Shown: piece by piece, positions 1 to 8,721 of the stretch
How the letters are laid out: every line of letters begins with the position of its first letter
Numbering within the stretch: position 1 is the first letter of the stretch
Source: Fibrobacter sp.
Lineage (GTDB): Bacteria > Fibrobacterota > Fibrobacteria > Fibrobacterales > Fibrobacteraceae
DNA: 64,000 nt
NCBI GenBank assembly: GCA_024399015.1
Contig: JAKSIC010000002.1
Location: forward strand, 68,732 to 132,731
Reading direction: 5' to 3'
Program-made: the position numbers and the translations under genes
Notes under the pieces: generated by a model
What the model was told of the DNA's origin: nothing
Seen by the model: only the letters and a program-made list of their open reading frames with translations
Database searches by the model: none

Positions 1-1948
1 AACTGCCCGCGCGCAGATTTAGGGCTCTTTCATCATCAGAGGTGCCCACTGCAGCCAGGAGACTTCTAAACTCCGCCGTACTGGGCAAGCGCCAGCCTTC
101 GGGGCATGCCGCATCATCCCAGGTGTACAAGCGACCGTACTTTTCGCAATTTTCAGGTTTATCATCGTAGCATTTGCTTTCGCCAATCTGATAATTCAAG
201 TTCTCAGCCATCCAGGTCTGGGAACCAATTTTTATGGTCTTGTATGTTTGGCCATCTCGGGAATCTTTTAGTTCGCCATAAACAAATTCTACTTTATCAT
301 CTACACATTTATTGTTAGCAACATCATACCATACACCACCACATTTGTCAAAAACAATTCCACCCTCACAAAATTGTTTATTACTAAGATAGTAAGACGA
401 GCCACAAATTGAATATATTACGTTATCCACGCATTTTTCTTTGATGACATCGTACTCTTCACCACCGCACTTGTCATAAATCGTTTCTGCCACACAAAAC
501 TGCTTGTCTGTTGGGTAGTAAGATGTTCCGCACATTTTGTTCACTACATTCTTCACACATTTTTCTTCAGTGACATCATACTTTTCGCCATTGCACTTGT
601 CATAGACCGTTTCATCAACACAAAACTGTTTGTCTGTTGGATAGTAAGATGTTCCACACATTTTGTTCACCACATTCTTTACGCATTTATCCTCGGAAAC
701 ATCATACTCTTCCCCACCACACTTGTCATAGACAAATCCATCTACACAGAATTTATCCTCACCAATGGTGTCGCAAATAGCAACAATCTTATTTTGTCTA
801 CAGAACTCCCTTTTCACGTTGTACTCTTCACCACCGCACTTGTCGTAGACCTTGTCTGCAACACAGAACGTTCCGTCGGCAAGTTTTTTCCCGTTGCACA
901 AGGGAATGAGTTTACCATTTTCCTCAACATATTTCAAAGGATTATACGCAGTCAATCCTTTTTCATCTTTTAAGATATCATAAGTATGCCGGCAATCACA
1001 TTCCTCATCGTACTCTGATTCTATATCAAAATCAGATTTTGCCATATTATAAGCCTTTTCCTTGTAGCAGAATTGGTTGTCATCAAGCTCCTTACCGCCA
1101 CAAAGTTCATCGTCGGACACGCAGCGCAAATAGCGATCACCAGATTTTCGCCCGTAAACCAAGCCCCCCTCATCATCACTAAGCGTCTGATAAACAACAC
1201 TTATGGTCAAGGCAGATTCATCTTCTATCTCAAAGGCAGTCCAATACACCCCAGAACTGGGATGGTCATGTTTTTTCAGCTCACCGTTAAACTTATACAG
1301 ATTACAAAAGTCACTTTCATCGGGACCATGATTGTTTTTTAGATAAGAACGGCATTCTTCATAATCAAGAAACACAAGATCTTCAGCACTTATTAAAAAA
1401 TCAACTTTTCCGGACACGCCATCAATCAGAGGTTGGCTAAACAATTTTCTCACATCTTTCTTGCTTGGCACATGGAAACCGTCGGGGCATATACCCTTGT
1501 GTCTAGACTTGATTAGCAAAGCGGCAGAGCTTGTATTTGCGGCAACACCAAAGTCCATAGCATCCGCCCAATGATAGAGGCGACCATTTTTGCAATCACT
1601 ATCGTCCTTTTCGCACTTGCTGTCACCCACCTTGTAATTCAGATTCTCAGCCATCCAGGTCTGGGCACCGATTTTTACGGTCTTGTAAACCTTTCCGTCA
1701 CGGGAATCCTCGATAGTTCCTTTTTCAACTTTTATAGAAGGAGGTGCGGCAACAGAACTGGAGGATTTTTTATCATTTTTTGATTCAGATGATACTCCCG
1801 AGTCCTCATCGCATTCACACTCATCAGTGACGGAGGAACTACTGCTATCAACGTCCTTGGATCCACTAGGATTATCATCACCACAGGCTGCAAGTCCAAA
1901 GGCAAGCATAAATGCGAAAAGTATTCCTACATATTTTTTCTTGTTCAT
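1..1948 (-). CDS. Lipoprotein with two FISUMP (Fib_succ_major, TIGR02145) domains separated by Cys-rich repeats; runs off the left edge
   Basis: Absent from the ORF track (no stop in window). Manual spot translation from ATG 1948 stays in one frame: lipobox LAAC (MNKKKYVGILFAFMLAFGLAACGDD), domain 1 YKTVKIGAQTWMAENLNY...YLRCVSD, domain 2 YKTIKIGSQTWMAENLNY...YGRLYTW...ACPEGWRLPS. Confidence 0.9.
   Translation of the reverse strand, partial: MNKKKYVGILFAFMLAFGLAACGDDNPSGSKDVDSSSSSVTDECECDEDSGVSSESKNDKKSSSSVAAPPSIKVEKGTIEDSRDGKVYKTVKIGAQTWMAENLNYKVGDSKCEKDDSDCKNGRLYHWADAMDFGVAANTSSAALLIKSRHKGICPDGFHVPSKKDVRKLFSQPLIDGVSGKVDFLISAEDLVFLDYEECRSYLKNNHGPDESDFCNLYKFNGELKKHDHPSSGVYWTAFEIEDESALTISVVYQTLSDDEGGLVYGRKSGDRYLRCVSDDELCGGKELDDNQFCYKEKAYNMAKSDFDIESEYDEECDCRHTYDILKDEKGLTAYNPLKYVEENGKLIPLCNGKKLADGTFCVADKVYDKCGGEEYNVKREFCRQNKIVAICDTIGEDKFCVDGFVYDKCGGEEYDVSEDKCVKNVVNKMCGTSYYPTDKQFCVDETVYDKCNGEKYDVTEEKCVKNVVNKMCGTSYYPTDKQFCVAETIYDKCGGEEYDVIKEKCVDNVIYSICGSSYYLSNKQFCEGGIVFDKCGGVWYDVANNKCVDDKVEFVYGELKDSRDGQTYKTIKIGSQTWMAENLNYQIGESKCYDDKPENCEKYGRLYTWDDAACPEGWRLPSTAEFRSLLAAVGTSDDERALNLRAGS
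330..880 (-). repeat. About five in-frame ~126-bp (42-aa) Cys-rich tandem repeats (FCV..VYDKCGGEEYDV..KCV)
   Basis: Anchor CA(C/T)TTGTC starts at 342, 468, 594, 720 and 837 (spacings 126, 126, 126, 117). Confidence 0.85.
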
Positions 1949-1960
1949 CTATTTTCCCTT

Positions 1961-2770
1961 TTATTTCAATCTAAACATATTTGTTTTAGTATTAAGCCTA
2001 GACTGGTTCACTTTGACAGCTTTTCCAATATCAACTATAACCTTTTTCTTGGTTATTGCCAAATCCGGAGAATCCGGGGCAATCCTTATATTTTTCAACA
2101 TACGCGTTGCTTTACAACCAAGTGGAACTTTAAAATTTTTGTCACGATCAAGTTGCACCGCATTACCATAGATCATGATGCGAATTTCTCCCTCGAACAT
2201 AAAGGATTTTCGTTTCAAGAGCATCAGTTTCAAAAAATCCTCATCAGAGAACATTTCTGCACACACAGTTTTTGGCGAACAAATTTCTTCAACGGAAACG
2301 TAATTCACTCCTGCCACATAAACTTTGGCGTCAATATCGGCTACATAATCGTCAAGTAATTTTAGTAGTTCACCAAAATTGTATGTTAAGCGAACAAGAT
2401 CATTCTTTCGATCCTTATCATACATCGACCATGCAGCGGCCTCATTATCGGCCGCATTGACCGACACGCACATACAAGCCAAATTCTTCTTTATGAATTT
2501 TTTAGCCTTTGTGTAATCGCCCAAGGCAAATCGTTTTTCCATGGGATCATCCCATTTTTCGGGAGATACAAAAAACAACGCAGAATTTTTACCAACAAGC
2601 ATTTCCTTTACATGGGGGTAGTGCATATACCTATACACACGTAGTTTTTCTAAAGGACAGCTAGAACCATCCTTTTTGCGAATAGGTCCCAAGAACTCCA
2701 CTTTTTTCAAACCTAGTCTGTCATTGAAATATTTTTTCAATTCAGATGTACTAAACATTTCTTTTCCCAT
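1961..2770 (-). CDS. DUF2971-like protein, possible ADP-ribosyltransferase-fold toxin/defence protein
   Basis: Motifs VYRYM, WDDPME, CMCVS, AAWSMY, KRKSFMFEGEIR match the DUF2971 pattern; visibly AT-rich. Confidence 0.65.
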   Translation of the reverse strand: MGKEMFSTSELKKYFNDRLGLKKVEFLGPIRKKDGSSCPLEKLRVYRYMHYPHVKEMLVGKNSALFFVSPEKWDDPMEKRFALGDYTKAKKFIKKNLACMCVSVNAADNEAAAWSMYDKDRKNDLVRLTYNFGELLKLLDDYVADIDAKVYVAGVNYVSVEEICSPKTVCAEMFSDEDFLKLMLLKRKSFMFEGEIRIMIYGNAVQLDRDKNFKVPLGCKATRMLKNIRIAPDSPDLAITKKKVIVDIGKAVKVNQSRLNTKTNMFRLK

Positions 2771-2910
2771 ACATGCCTCATCTTTTTATTCGCTCACACC
2801 ACAAATGTAACCAAAAAAAAACAAAGTCAAGTATTTGGCAGAATTTCGCCAATTTTAGGCTCATTTAGTGAAAATCGTCACGAGAATCACGAAAAACACA
2901 AACAAATTGC

Positions 2911-2988
2911 GCAACATATTGCACATTCATTGACAAATTCATCGTTTTTTCGTATTTTAAATTAAAAACAAGCAATATATTGCACATT
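2911..2988 (+). promoter_or_regulatory. sigma70 promoter of the hip operon flanked by two palindromic operators
   Basis: TTGACA 2930-2935, 17-bp spacer, TATTTT 2953-2958; GCAACATATTGC 2911-2922 and perfect palindrome GCAATATATTGC 2972-2983, both followed by ACATT. Confidence 0.75.
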
Positions 2989-3195
2989 ATGGATGAAATT
3001 TTTGAGATTTTGCAAAAGCGACGGGAGTCCCTTGGGTTAAGCCAAAGGGATCTTTCGGAAATGTCCGGCGTTTCACTACGAACCATCAACGCCATCGAAA
3101 ACGGTAATGCGAACCCGTCCATCGAGGTTCTTTGCAAACTTTCTAATCAACTAGGGCTAAAGCTGTCTTTAACCGAGAGAGTCGTCAATGGCTAG
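2989..3195 (+). CDS. hipB: XRE/Cro HTH protein (HipB-like)
   Basis: LQKRRESLGLSQRDLSEMSGVSLRTINAIENGNANPSIEVL is a classic XRE HTH; start set at ATG 2989; overlaps next gene by 8 bp. Confidence 0.85.
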   Translation: MDEIFEILQKRRESLGLSQRDLSEMSGVSLRTINAIENGNANPSIEVLCKLSNQLGLKLSLTERVVNG

Positions 3196-3508
3196 GCAAG
3201 CATCGGTTTTCTACAACGGCATTTTGGCAGGTACCTTGACCAAGACTAAGGGTGGATTCATTTTCACCTACGACGAAATCTACCTTGCGTCCAGGCGCCC
3301 CGCCATCGCGTTAACATTGCCTAAGCGCCAGGAACCCTACAAGTCCAAGGAGCTGTTTCCGTTTTTTGAAGGCTTGCTGCCTGAAGGTGAAAACCGCAGG
3401 CTTTACTGCATGAGCCTGAAAATCGACCCCAAGGATTCCTACAGGCTGTTGCTGAAACTTGCGAGAAATGAAACCATCGGCGCCATCACCGTGATGGAGG
3501 ACGTATGA
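3188..3508 (+). CDS. hipS: Stand-alone HipA N-terminal domain protein (HipS-like)
   Basis: 106 aa; FIFTYDEIY, IALTLP, LFPFFEGLLPEG, ETIGAITV match the HipA N-terminal (couple_hipA) family. Confidence 0.85.
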   Translation: MARQASVFYNGILAGTLTKTKGGFIFTYDEIYLASRRPAIALTLPKRQEPYKSKELFPFFEGLLPEGENRRLYCMSLKIDPKDSYRLLLKLARNETIGAITVMEDV

Positions 3509-4545
3509 CAAGCACCACCTCCCCCACCATGCAGAACCGTTGCCATAGTTGCCTCAAGGAGACCCCTCGAGATTTTTGTCCCGCCTGTGCCAAGCGACTT
3601 TTTGGCGTAAAGAAGTTTAGCGCCACACTTGATTTTTCCTTACCCGAAATCAAGTCCAACAATGGTTCCATCCGTCGGATTTCAATTTCTGGGGCACAGC
3701 CCAAGTTTTCGCTAATAGTAAACGACGGGCGACTAGAACCTACTGAAAATGGCGGCACCTTCATCTTAAAGCCTGCGGTAGAAGGGCTGTTCGACAACAC
3801 AAAGGATATGCCCGCCAACGAGCACCTGACCATGCAAATGGCCAGACAGATTTTCAAGATCGAAGCAGCAGACAATGCGCTAGTTTATCTTAAAGACGGA
3901 ACACCGGCCTACATTACCAAGCGATTCGATGTTCTGCCCGACGGCAATAGAATCTGCCAGGAAGACTTTGCCCAGGTGGCTGGCCTCACCCCAGGCGAAA
4001 AAGGTTCCAACTACAAGTACGACTTCAGCTACCAGCAGATCGCCGACCTGATGAAGCAATATGTAAGCACTTACCCCACCGACGTTGAAAAATACTTCAA
4101 GTTGATTCTGTTCAACTACCTGGTCTGTAACGGCGACGCCCACGTCAAGAACTTTTCTGTCTACTCCCCGAATGCAGACGGGGTTTACAAGCTTGCCCCT
4201 GCCTACGATTTGCTGAATACATCCCTGCACGTTCAAGAACTTGGCCGAACCGCATTGGAACTTTTCAGCGAAAACTCAGCTGCAGACGATTCTCTCGATG
4301 ATTCCGGCGCGGACTTTGAAACGGAATTTTTCAAGGTCAACGGATTCTACGGCAAGCCGGACTTTATGGAACTAGCCCGCCGCATCGGCATCAAGGAAAT
4401 CCGAGCCCAGCGTTTTATTGCAGAAACCTGCAGCCATCTAATGGAAATGGACGCCATGATTGACCTAAGTTACTTAAGCGAGCCAAGCAAGGCGTTGTTC
4501 AAGGCGCAGGCGAGAGACCGGGCCAAGGCCCTGGAGATGGGGTGA
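3505..4545 (+). CDS. hipT: HipA C-terminal kinase toxin (HipT-like)
   Basis: SISGAQPK Gly-loop, ILKP, NEHLTM, catalytic NGDAHVKNFS, LAPAYDLL; ATGA overlap with upstream gene. Confidence 0.88.
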   Translation: MTSTTSPTMQNRCHSCLKETPRDFCPACAKRLFGVKKFSATLDFSLPEIKSNNGSIRRISISGAQPKFSLIVNDGRLEPTENGGTFILKPAVEGLFDNTKDMPANEHLTMQMARQIFKIEAADNALVYLKDGTPAYITKRFDVLPDGNRICQEDFAQVAGLTPGEKGSNYKYDFSYQQIADLMKQYVSTYPTDVEKYFKLILFNYLVCNGDAHVKNFSVYSPNADGVYKLAPAYDLLNTSLHVQELGRTALELFSENSAADDSLDDSGADFETEFFKVNGFYGKPDFMELARRIGIKEIRAQRFIAETCSHLMEMDAMIDLSYLSEPSKALFKAQARDRAKALEMG

Positions 4546-4656
4546 AAACGGGTCTGCAGAAGGTCAAAATGACCGTTCAAAATAAAATAGAGACTTTCTA
4601 TCAGAAATCCCGCATTTTGACACTCTTTTGACATAAAAACTTTATACATTGATGGT

Positions 4657-6309
4657 ATGAAGTTTGTAACTAAAATTCTTGTGTTTTTGGCAGTATTTGC
4701 CGCCTTTTCTTTCGCTGGAACAACTGGTCTGGATTCTTCGCCTGCGGCTCAGAATGACGCCCGTGAGAAGGCCGCTCAGAATGACACTAGGGTAACGTCC
4801 GCGACCATTGCAACCGACTCCGGTCTTTCTGGCCCGGTGGCTACAGATTCCGCCACCGGGAATGCCGCCGTCATCCCCGCCAAGAAGCATGCGGTCTGGA
4901 TCAAGCTGGAAGGCGACGTGGAACCTTCCATGTACGATTTCTGCGCCCGCGCCATTGGCGAGGCTCTGGAAGAAAATCCGGACTACATTGTTTTTGAAAT
5001 CAACACCTTCGGCGGCCGCCTGGATGCTGCCTTCAACATCGTTGACACAATCATGGCCATTCGAGGTCCCCAGACCATCGCCTTCGTTAAAAAGAAGGCC
5101 ATTAGTGCAGGAAGCCTTATCGCCTTGGCCTGCAGCAAGCTTTACATGATGGAATCCACTACCATCGGCGACTGCGCCCCCATTGTGCAGAACAGCGATG
5201 GCACCCCGCAAATCGTGGGCGAAAAGATTCAGTCTCCCCTCCGCGCCAAGTTCCGCAACCTGGCTCAAAAGAACGGCTACCCCGAATTGCTCAGTTCCGC
5301 CTTCGTCACCCCGGAACTTGAAATTCTCGAACTCCGTGCCAAGCTTGACGCAGGCAAAAAGACCGAACGCGACACCACCATGATTATTGAGTCCGCCAAG
5401 TACGAGGTCATGAGCAAGGACGAAAAGAAGTTCTGGGGCGCCCCCAAGATCCTCGTGAAGGAAGGCGAACTTCTCACCATGACCGACAAGGAAGCAAAGG
5501 ATCTGGGATTCTCCCAGGGTACCTTCAACGGACGCGACGATTTTGAGACCGCCCTCGCCATCGAAAGCAAGAGCGAAGTGGAAACCACCATGGGCGAAGA
5601 CGTAGCAAACGCCATCGCAGGAATCGCAGGCATTCTCTTGATTCTTGGTTTCGGCGCCCTGTACATCGAATTCAAGACTCCTGGATTCGGCGTATTCGGC
5701 ATAGTCGGCATCATCCTCATTGGAATCGTATTCCTGGGTCAGTTCGCTCCGCAGCTGGACGGCATGCTGCCGGCAGTTCTACTGATTGCAGGCATCGCCT
5801 TGTTCCTGGTGGAAATTTTCGTGATGCCGGGAACGTTCCTCTTTGGTATCGGCGGCATCATTTGTATGATTATCGCCCTCACCATGAGTTTCTCGCCGGC
5901 AGACATTCCGGAATATGTACCGGAAGCCGTTGAAGAATCCTTCGACGCCACGCCCTGGCTATTTGGGCTGTTCTATATGTTGTGTTGCGCGGCCATAGCC
6001 CTTGTGTTCCCCATTGCCGCCAGCAAGTACTTGATTCCGCTGCTTCCCGAAGGCTGGACTCCTATGCTGAAGACAGACCTTGAAACCGCAGCCTCCCCCA
6101 CCGAAGCCATAAGCGATGTTCGCCCTGGTGATATCGGTACAGCAAAGACTTTCCTTCGCCCCGTAGGCCAGGCACAATTTACCATGTCCGACGGCAGCGT
6201 AAAGCTTTTGGATGTTCAAACCCGTGGCGAAATCATTGAAGCCGGGCAATCCATCAAGGTGGATTACGTCCAGGAAGCGCATATATTCGTAAGCGCAAAT
6301 AACAGTTAG
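4657..6309 (+). CDS. nfeD: NfeD family membrane protein (ClpP-class protease domain, TM region, C-terminal OB domain)
   Basis: EINTFGGRLDAA, AISAGSLIA, TIGDCAPI, LYIEFKTPGFGVFG, GTAKTFLRPVG; directly upstream of floA. Confidence 0.9.
   Translation: MKFVTKILVFLAVFAAFSFAGTTGLDSSPAAQNDAREKAAQNDTRVTSATIATDSGLSGPVATDSATGNAAVIPAKKHAVWIKLEGDVEPSMYDFCARAIGEALEENPDYIVFEINTFGGRLDAAFNIVDTIMAIRGPQTIAFVKKKAISAGSLIALACSKLYMMESTTIGDCAPIVQNSDGTPQIVGEKIQSPLRAKFRNLAQKNGYPELLSSAFVTPELEILELRAKLDAGKKTERDTTMIIESAKYEVMSKDEKKFWGAPKILVKEGELLTMTDKEAKDLGFSQGTFNGRDDFETALAIESKSEVETTMGEDVANAIAGIAGILLILGFGALYIEFKTPGFGVFGIVGIILIGIVFLGQFAPQLDGMLPAVLLIAGIALFLVEIFVMPGTFLFGIGGIICMIIALTMSFSPADIPEYVPEAVEESFDATPWLFGLFYMLCCAAIALVFPIAASKYLIPLLPEGWTPMLKTDLETAASPTEAISDVRPGDIGTAKTFLRPVGQAQFTMSDGSVKLLDVQTRGEIIEAGQSIKVDYVQEAHIFVSANNS
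4731..4785. repeat. REP-like palindromic element inside the nfeD N-terminal linker (one full plus one partial copy)
   Basis: GGATTCTTCGCCTGCGGCTCAGAATGAC 4731-4758; GCTCAGAATGAC repeated at 4774-4785; related copy at 46156-46182. Confidence 0.65.
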
Positions 6310-6369
6310 TATTCTCAACAATTAGATTTTCAAAGAAAAACAAACACACTCTATACGGAGCAAAATAAA

Positions 6370-7341
6370 ATGGATACAATTTTCGCCATTGGCATTGTCA
6401 TTGCCGCCATCGTCGTCATCGTTCTTCTCGCCTTCGTAGGCAAGTTCTTTAGCCTCTGGCTTCAGGCATTGTTCTCCAAGGCAAACGTGAGCATCTTCCA
6501 GCTCATCGGTATGCGCCTTCGTAAGGTTCCGCCCCAGGTCATCGTCGAAGCACGAATCCTCAGCTGCAAGGCAGGCCTCCCGGTGGACACCAACCTCTTG
6601 GAAGCTCATTACCTTTCCCGCGGTAACGTGCTCCGCGTGATCCAGGCCCTCATTGCCGCCAACAAGGCAAACATCAAGCTGGACTTCAAGGAAGCTGCAG
6701 CTATCGACCTTGCTGGCCGTAACGTTCTGGAAGCAGTGCAAATGTCCGTGAACCCCAAGGTCATTACCACTCCTAAGGTTTCCGCAGTGGCTCTTGATGG
6801 TATTCAGCTTCACGCCGTGACCCGTATTACCGTGCGCGCAAGCATCCAGAAGTTGGTGGGTGGCGCAGGTGAAGAAACCGTTATTGCCCGCGTTGGCGAA
6901 GGCATTGTGTCTTCCATCGGTTCTGCACAGAGCCACAAGGAAGTTCTTGAAAACCCCAACATGATTTCCAAGAAGGTGCTGGCATCCGGCCTGGACGCAG
7001 GTACTGCATTCGAAATTCTTTCCATCGATATTGCCGACGTGGACGTTGGCCAGAACATCGGCGCCATCCTCGAAACCGACCGTGCAGAAGCAGACAAGAA
7101 GATTGCACAGGCCAAGGCAGAAGAACGCCGCGCCATGGCTTACGCTGCCGAACAGGAAATGAAGGCCAAGGTCATGGAAATGAAGGCTAAGCTTGTGGAA
7201 GCCGAAGCCCAGATTCCTATGGCTATGGCAACCGCCCTTCGCGACGGAAAGCTTGGCGTCATGGACTACTACAACATGAAGAACATCGAAGCCGACACCC
7301 AGATGCGAAAGGAAATCGGCAACGCACCGGAAGCTAAATAG
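6370..7341 (+). CDS. floA: Flotillin-like protein FloA (YqfA/UPF0365)
   Basis: [72 protein letters not shown]. Confidence 0.95.
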   Translation: MDTIFAIGIVIAAIVVIVLLAFVGKFFSLWLQALFSKANVSIFQLIGMRLRKVPPQVIVEARILSCKAGLPVDTNLLEAHYLSRGNVLRVIQALIAANKANIKLDFKEAAAIDLAGRNVLEAVQMSVNPKVITTPKVSAVALDGIQLHAVTRITVRASIQKLVGGAGEETVIARVGEGIVSSIGSAQSHKEVLENPNMISKKVLASGLDAGTAFEILSIDIADVDVGQNIGAILETDRAEADKKIAQAKAEERRAMAYAAEQEMKAKVMEMKAKLVEAEAQIPMAMATALRDGKLGVMDYYNMKNIEADTQMRKEIGNAPEAK

Positions 7342-7370
7342 GTTTGAGGTACGAGGTTCCAGGTTCGAGG
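7340..7370 (+). repeat. Left heptamer array upstream of the four-helix-bundle gene
   Basis: AGGTTTG AGGTACG AGGTTCC AGGTTCG AGG. Confidence 0.8.
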
Positions 7371-7376
7371 GAAAGC

Positions 7377-7748
7377 ATGCGAAAATTCCAAGATCTTGAT
7401 ATTTGGAAACGAAGTCACGCATTAACTCTAGAGATTTATAGAGTTACGCAACAGTTCTTTCCTAAAGATGAATTATTCGCTTTGACATCTCAAATAAGAC
7501 GAGCCTCAGCCTCAATCCCGACAAACATTGCAGAAGGATGTGGTAGATCAACAAACCCCGATTTCAATCGATTTTTGCAAATTGCTTCAGGCTCAACAAC
7601 TGAAGTTGAATATCAATTGCTGTTAGCAAGAGACCTTAGTTACATCACTGAAGAGATCCATGCAAAACTCAGCACAGAAATCGTTGAAATACGGAAAATG
7701 ATTACCGCATTTTCAAAAAACATTCCAACCTTCAATGCTCGAACCTAA
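7377..7748 (+). CDS. Four helix bundle protein (TIGR02436 / 23S rRNA-IVP family)
   Basis: FQDLDIWKRS, FPKDELFALTSQIRRASASIPTNIAEGCGR, FLQIASGSTTEVEYQLLLARDLSY; start set at ATG 7377; AT-richer than floA. Confidence 0.93.
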   Translation: MRKFQDLDIWKRSHALTLEIYRVTQQFFPKDELFALTSQIRRASASIPTNIAEGCGRSTNPDFNRFLQIASGSTTEVEYQLLLARDLSYITEEIHAKLSTEIVEIRKMITAFSKNIPTFNART

Positions 7749-7767
7749 GACCTCGAGCCTGGAGCCT
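7740..7767 (-). repeat. Right heptamer array, inverted relative to the left array
   Basis: CGAACCT AAGACCT CGAGCCT GGAGCCT; reverse complement AGGCTCC AGGCTCG AGGTCTT AGGTTCG. Confidence 0.8.
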
Positions 7768-7772
7768 AGAAT

Positions 7773-8603
7773 ATGGAAGGTTTATTAATACTTATCGGCG
7801 TCTACGTTCTTGAGGTTATCATCAAGAAAGTTGCTGCTGGTAAAAAAGAAAAAGAAGCCTTGCCTCCCCAGCAACGACAGTCTCAATCCTCGCAGGAATC
7901 CTCGGGTCGCCCGGGCAATCTGCAAGATTTGATTCGACAGTTCGACGAGGCTCAGCGTCAGGCATCCCAAGGGACCCTTACGCCAGAGACGCCGCCTGTG
8001 GAAGATTTTGACGAAGACTACGAAGATGACGAGGAAGAAGTTGAATTACCTACGGTAACTCCAGCTAATCCCAACCGAATCACCTTCAAGGAAATCGCAG
8101 AATCAGTCATTCAGTGGGAAGAAGTCAGCGTCGATTATTTACAACAAGCTTTTGGTTTTTCCGAAAGCACAGCACAGCAAGTCCTTGCCGAGTTGCAAGC
8201 TCACCACATCGCGGGTCGCGACATGGGCGAAGGTTTCTGTGATCTGCTGGTACACGACAAGTCTGAACTTGACAACCTCTTCAAGCGTGAACAGCGAGAA
8301 GCTGAAGAACGCAGGGACGCCGAAGCTCAGGAAGAAGCGCTCCGCGCACGCCACGAAGCAGAACTCAAGCACCAGAAGGAACTGGCAGAACTTGAGGAAC
8401 GCGCAAGGCAGATCCGCGAACAAGCCGCACAAGGATCCCTCCCCGATGCAAGCGAAGGCATCGAAGGCCCTTGCCTAGCCTCCTCCGAGCACAAGACTCA
8501 CCGCAGGACCTTTGACAAGGCCGAAATCCGCCGCGGTTTCGTGTGGGCAAAAGTTCTGGACGAGCCCCGCTTCAAAAAGCGTTGGAGTTCCCGCGTAAGA
8601 TAA
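7773..8603 (+). CDS. YqfB-like membrane-anchored protein with an FtsK-gamma-like segment and coiled coil
   Basis: N-terminal hydrophobic helix; C-terminal EIRRGFVWAKVLDEPRFKKR resembles the tail of third genes in nfeD-floA operons; central VIQWEEVSVDYLQQAFGFSESTAQQVLAEL. Confidence 0.6.
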   Translation: MEGLLILIGVYVLEVIIKKVAAGKKEKEALPPQQRQSQSSQESSGRPGNLQDLIRQFDEAQRQASQGTLTPETPPVEDFDEDYEDDEEEVELPTVTPANPNRITFKEIAESVIQWEEVSVDYLQQAFGFSESTAQQVLAELQAHHIAGRDMGEGFCDLLVHDKSELDNLFKREQREAEERRDAEAQEEALRARHEAELKHQKELAELEERARQIREQAAQGSLPDASEGIEGPCLASSEHKTHRRTFDKAEIRRGFVWAKVLDEPRFKKRWSSRVR

Positions 8604-8651
8604 CTACGCGACAGACAACATCGCGGCGGAACCGTCCGCAACATTCAAAAG

Positions 8652-8681
8652 AAGCCTCGCAGGAAACTGCGGGGCTTTTTT
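8652..8681 (+). terminator. Intrinsic terminator of the nfeD-floA operon
   Basis: AAGCCTCGCAG-GAAA-CTGCGGGGCTT followed by TTTT. Confidence 0.8.
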
Positions 8682-8721
8682 GCATGGAACGACCTGCGCT
8701 ATTAAGTGCAAAGCATTTGAT

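Noticed and set aside
330-880. 126-bp repeats as a possible CRISPR array
   Set aside because: In-frame, degenerate coding repeats with no constant repeat plus unique spacer pattern and no cas genes.
4563-4633. 9-bp inverted repeat GTCAAAATG/CATTTTGAC and tandem TTTTGACA upstream of nfeD
   Set aside because: Short, AT-rich and unevenly spaced; could be chance or promoter sequence, so not called an operator.
7377-7748. 23S rRNA intervening sequence implied by the family name
   Set aside because: No rRNA sequence flanks the gene; it lies between protein-coding genes.
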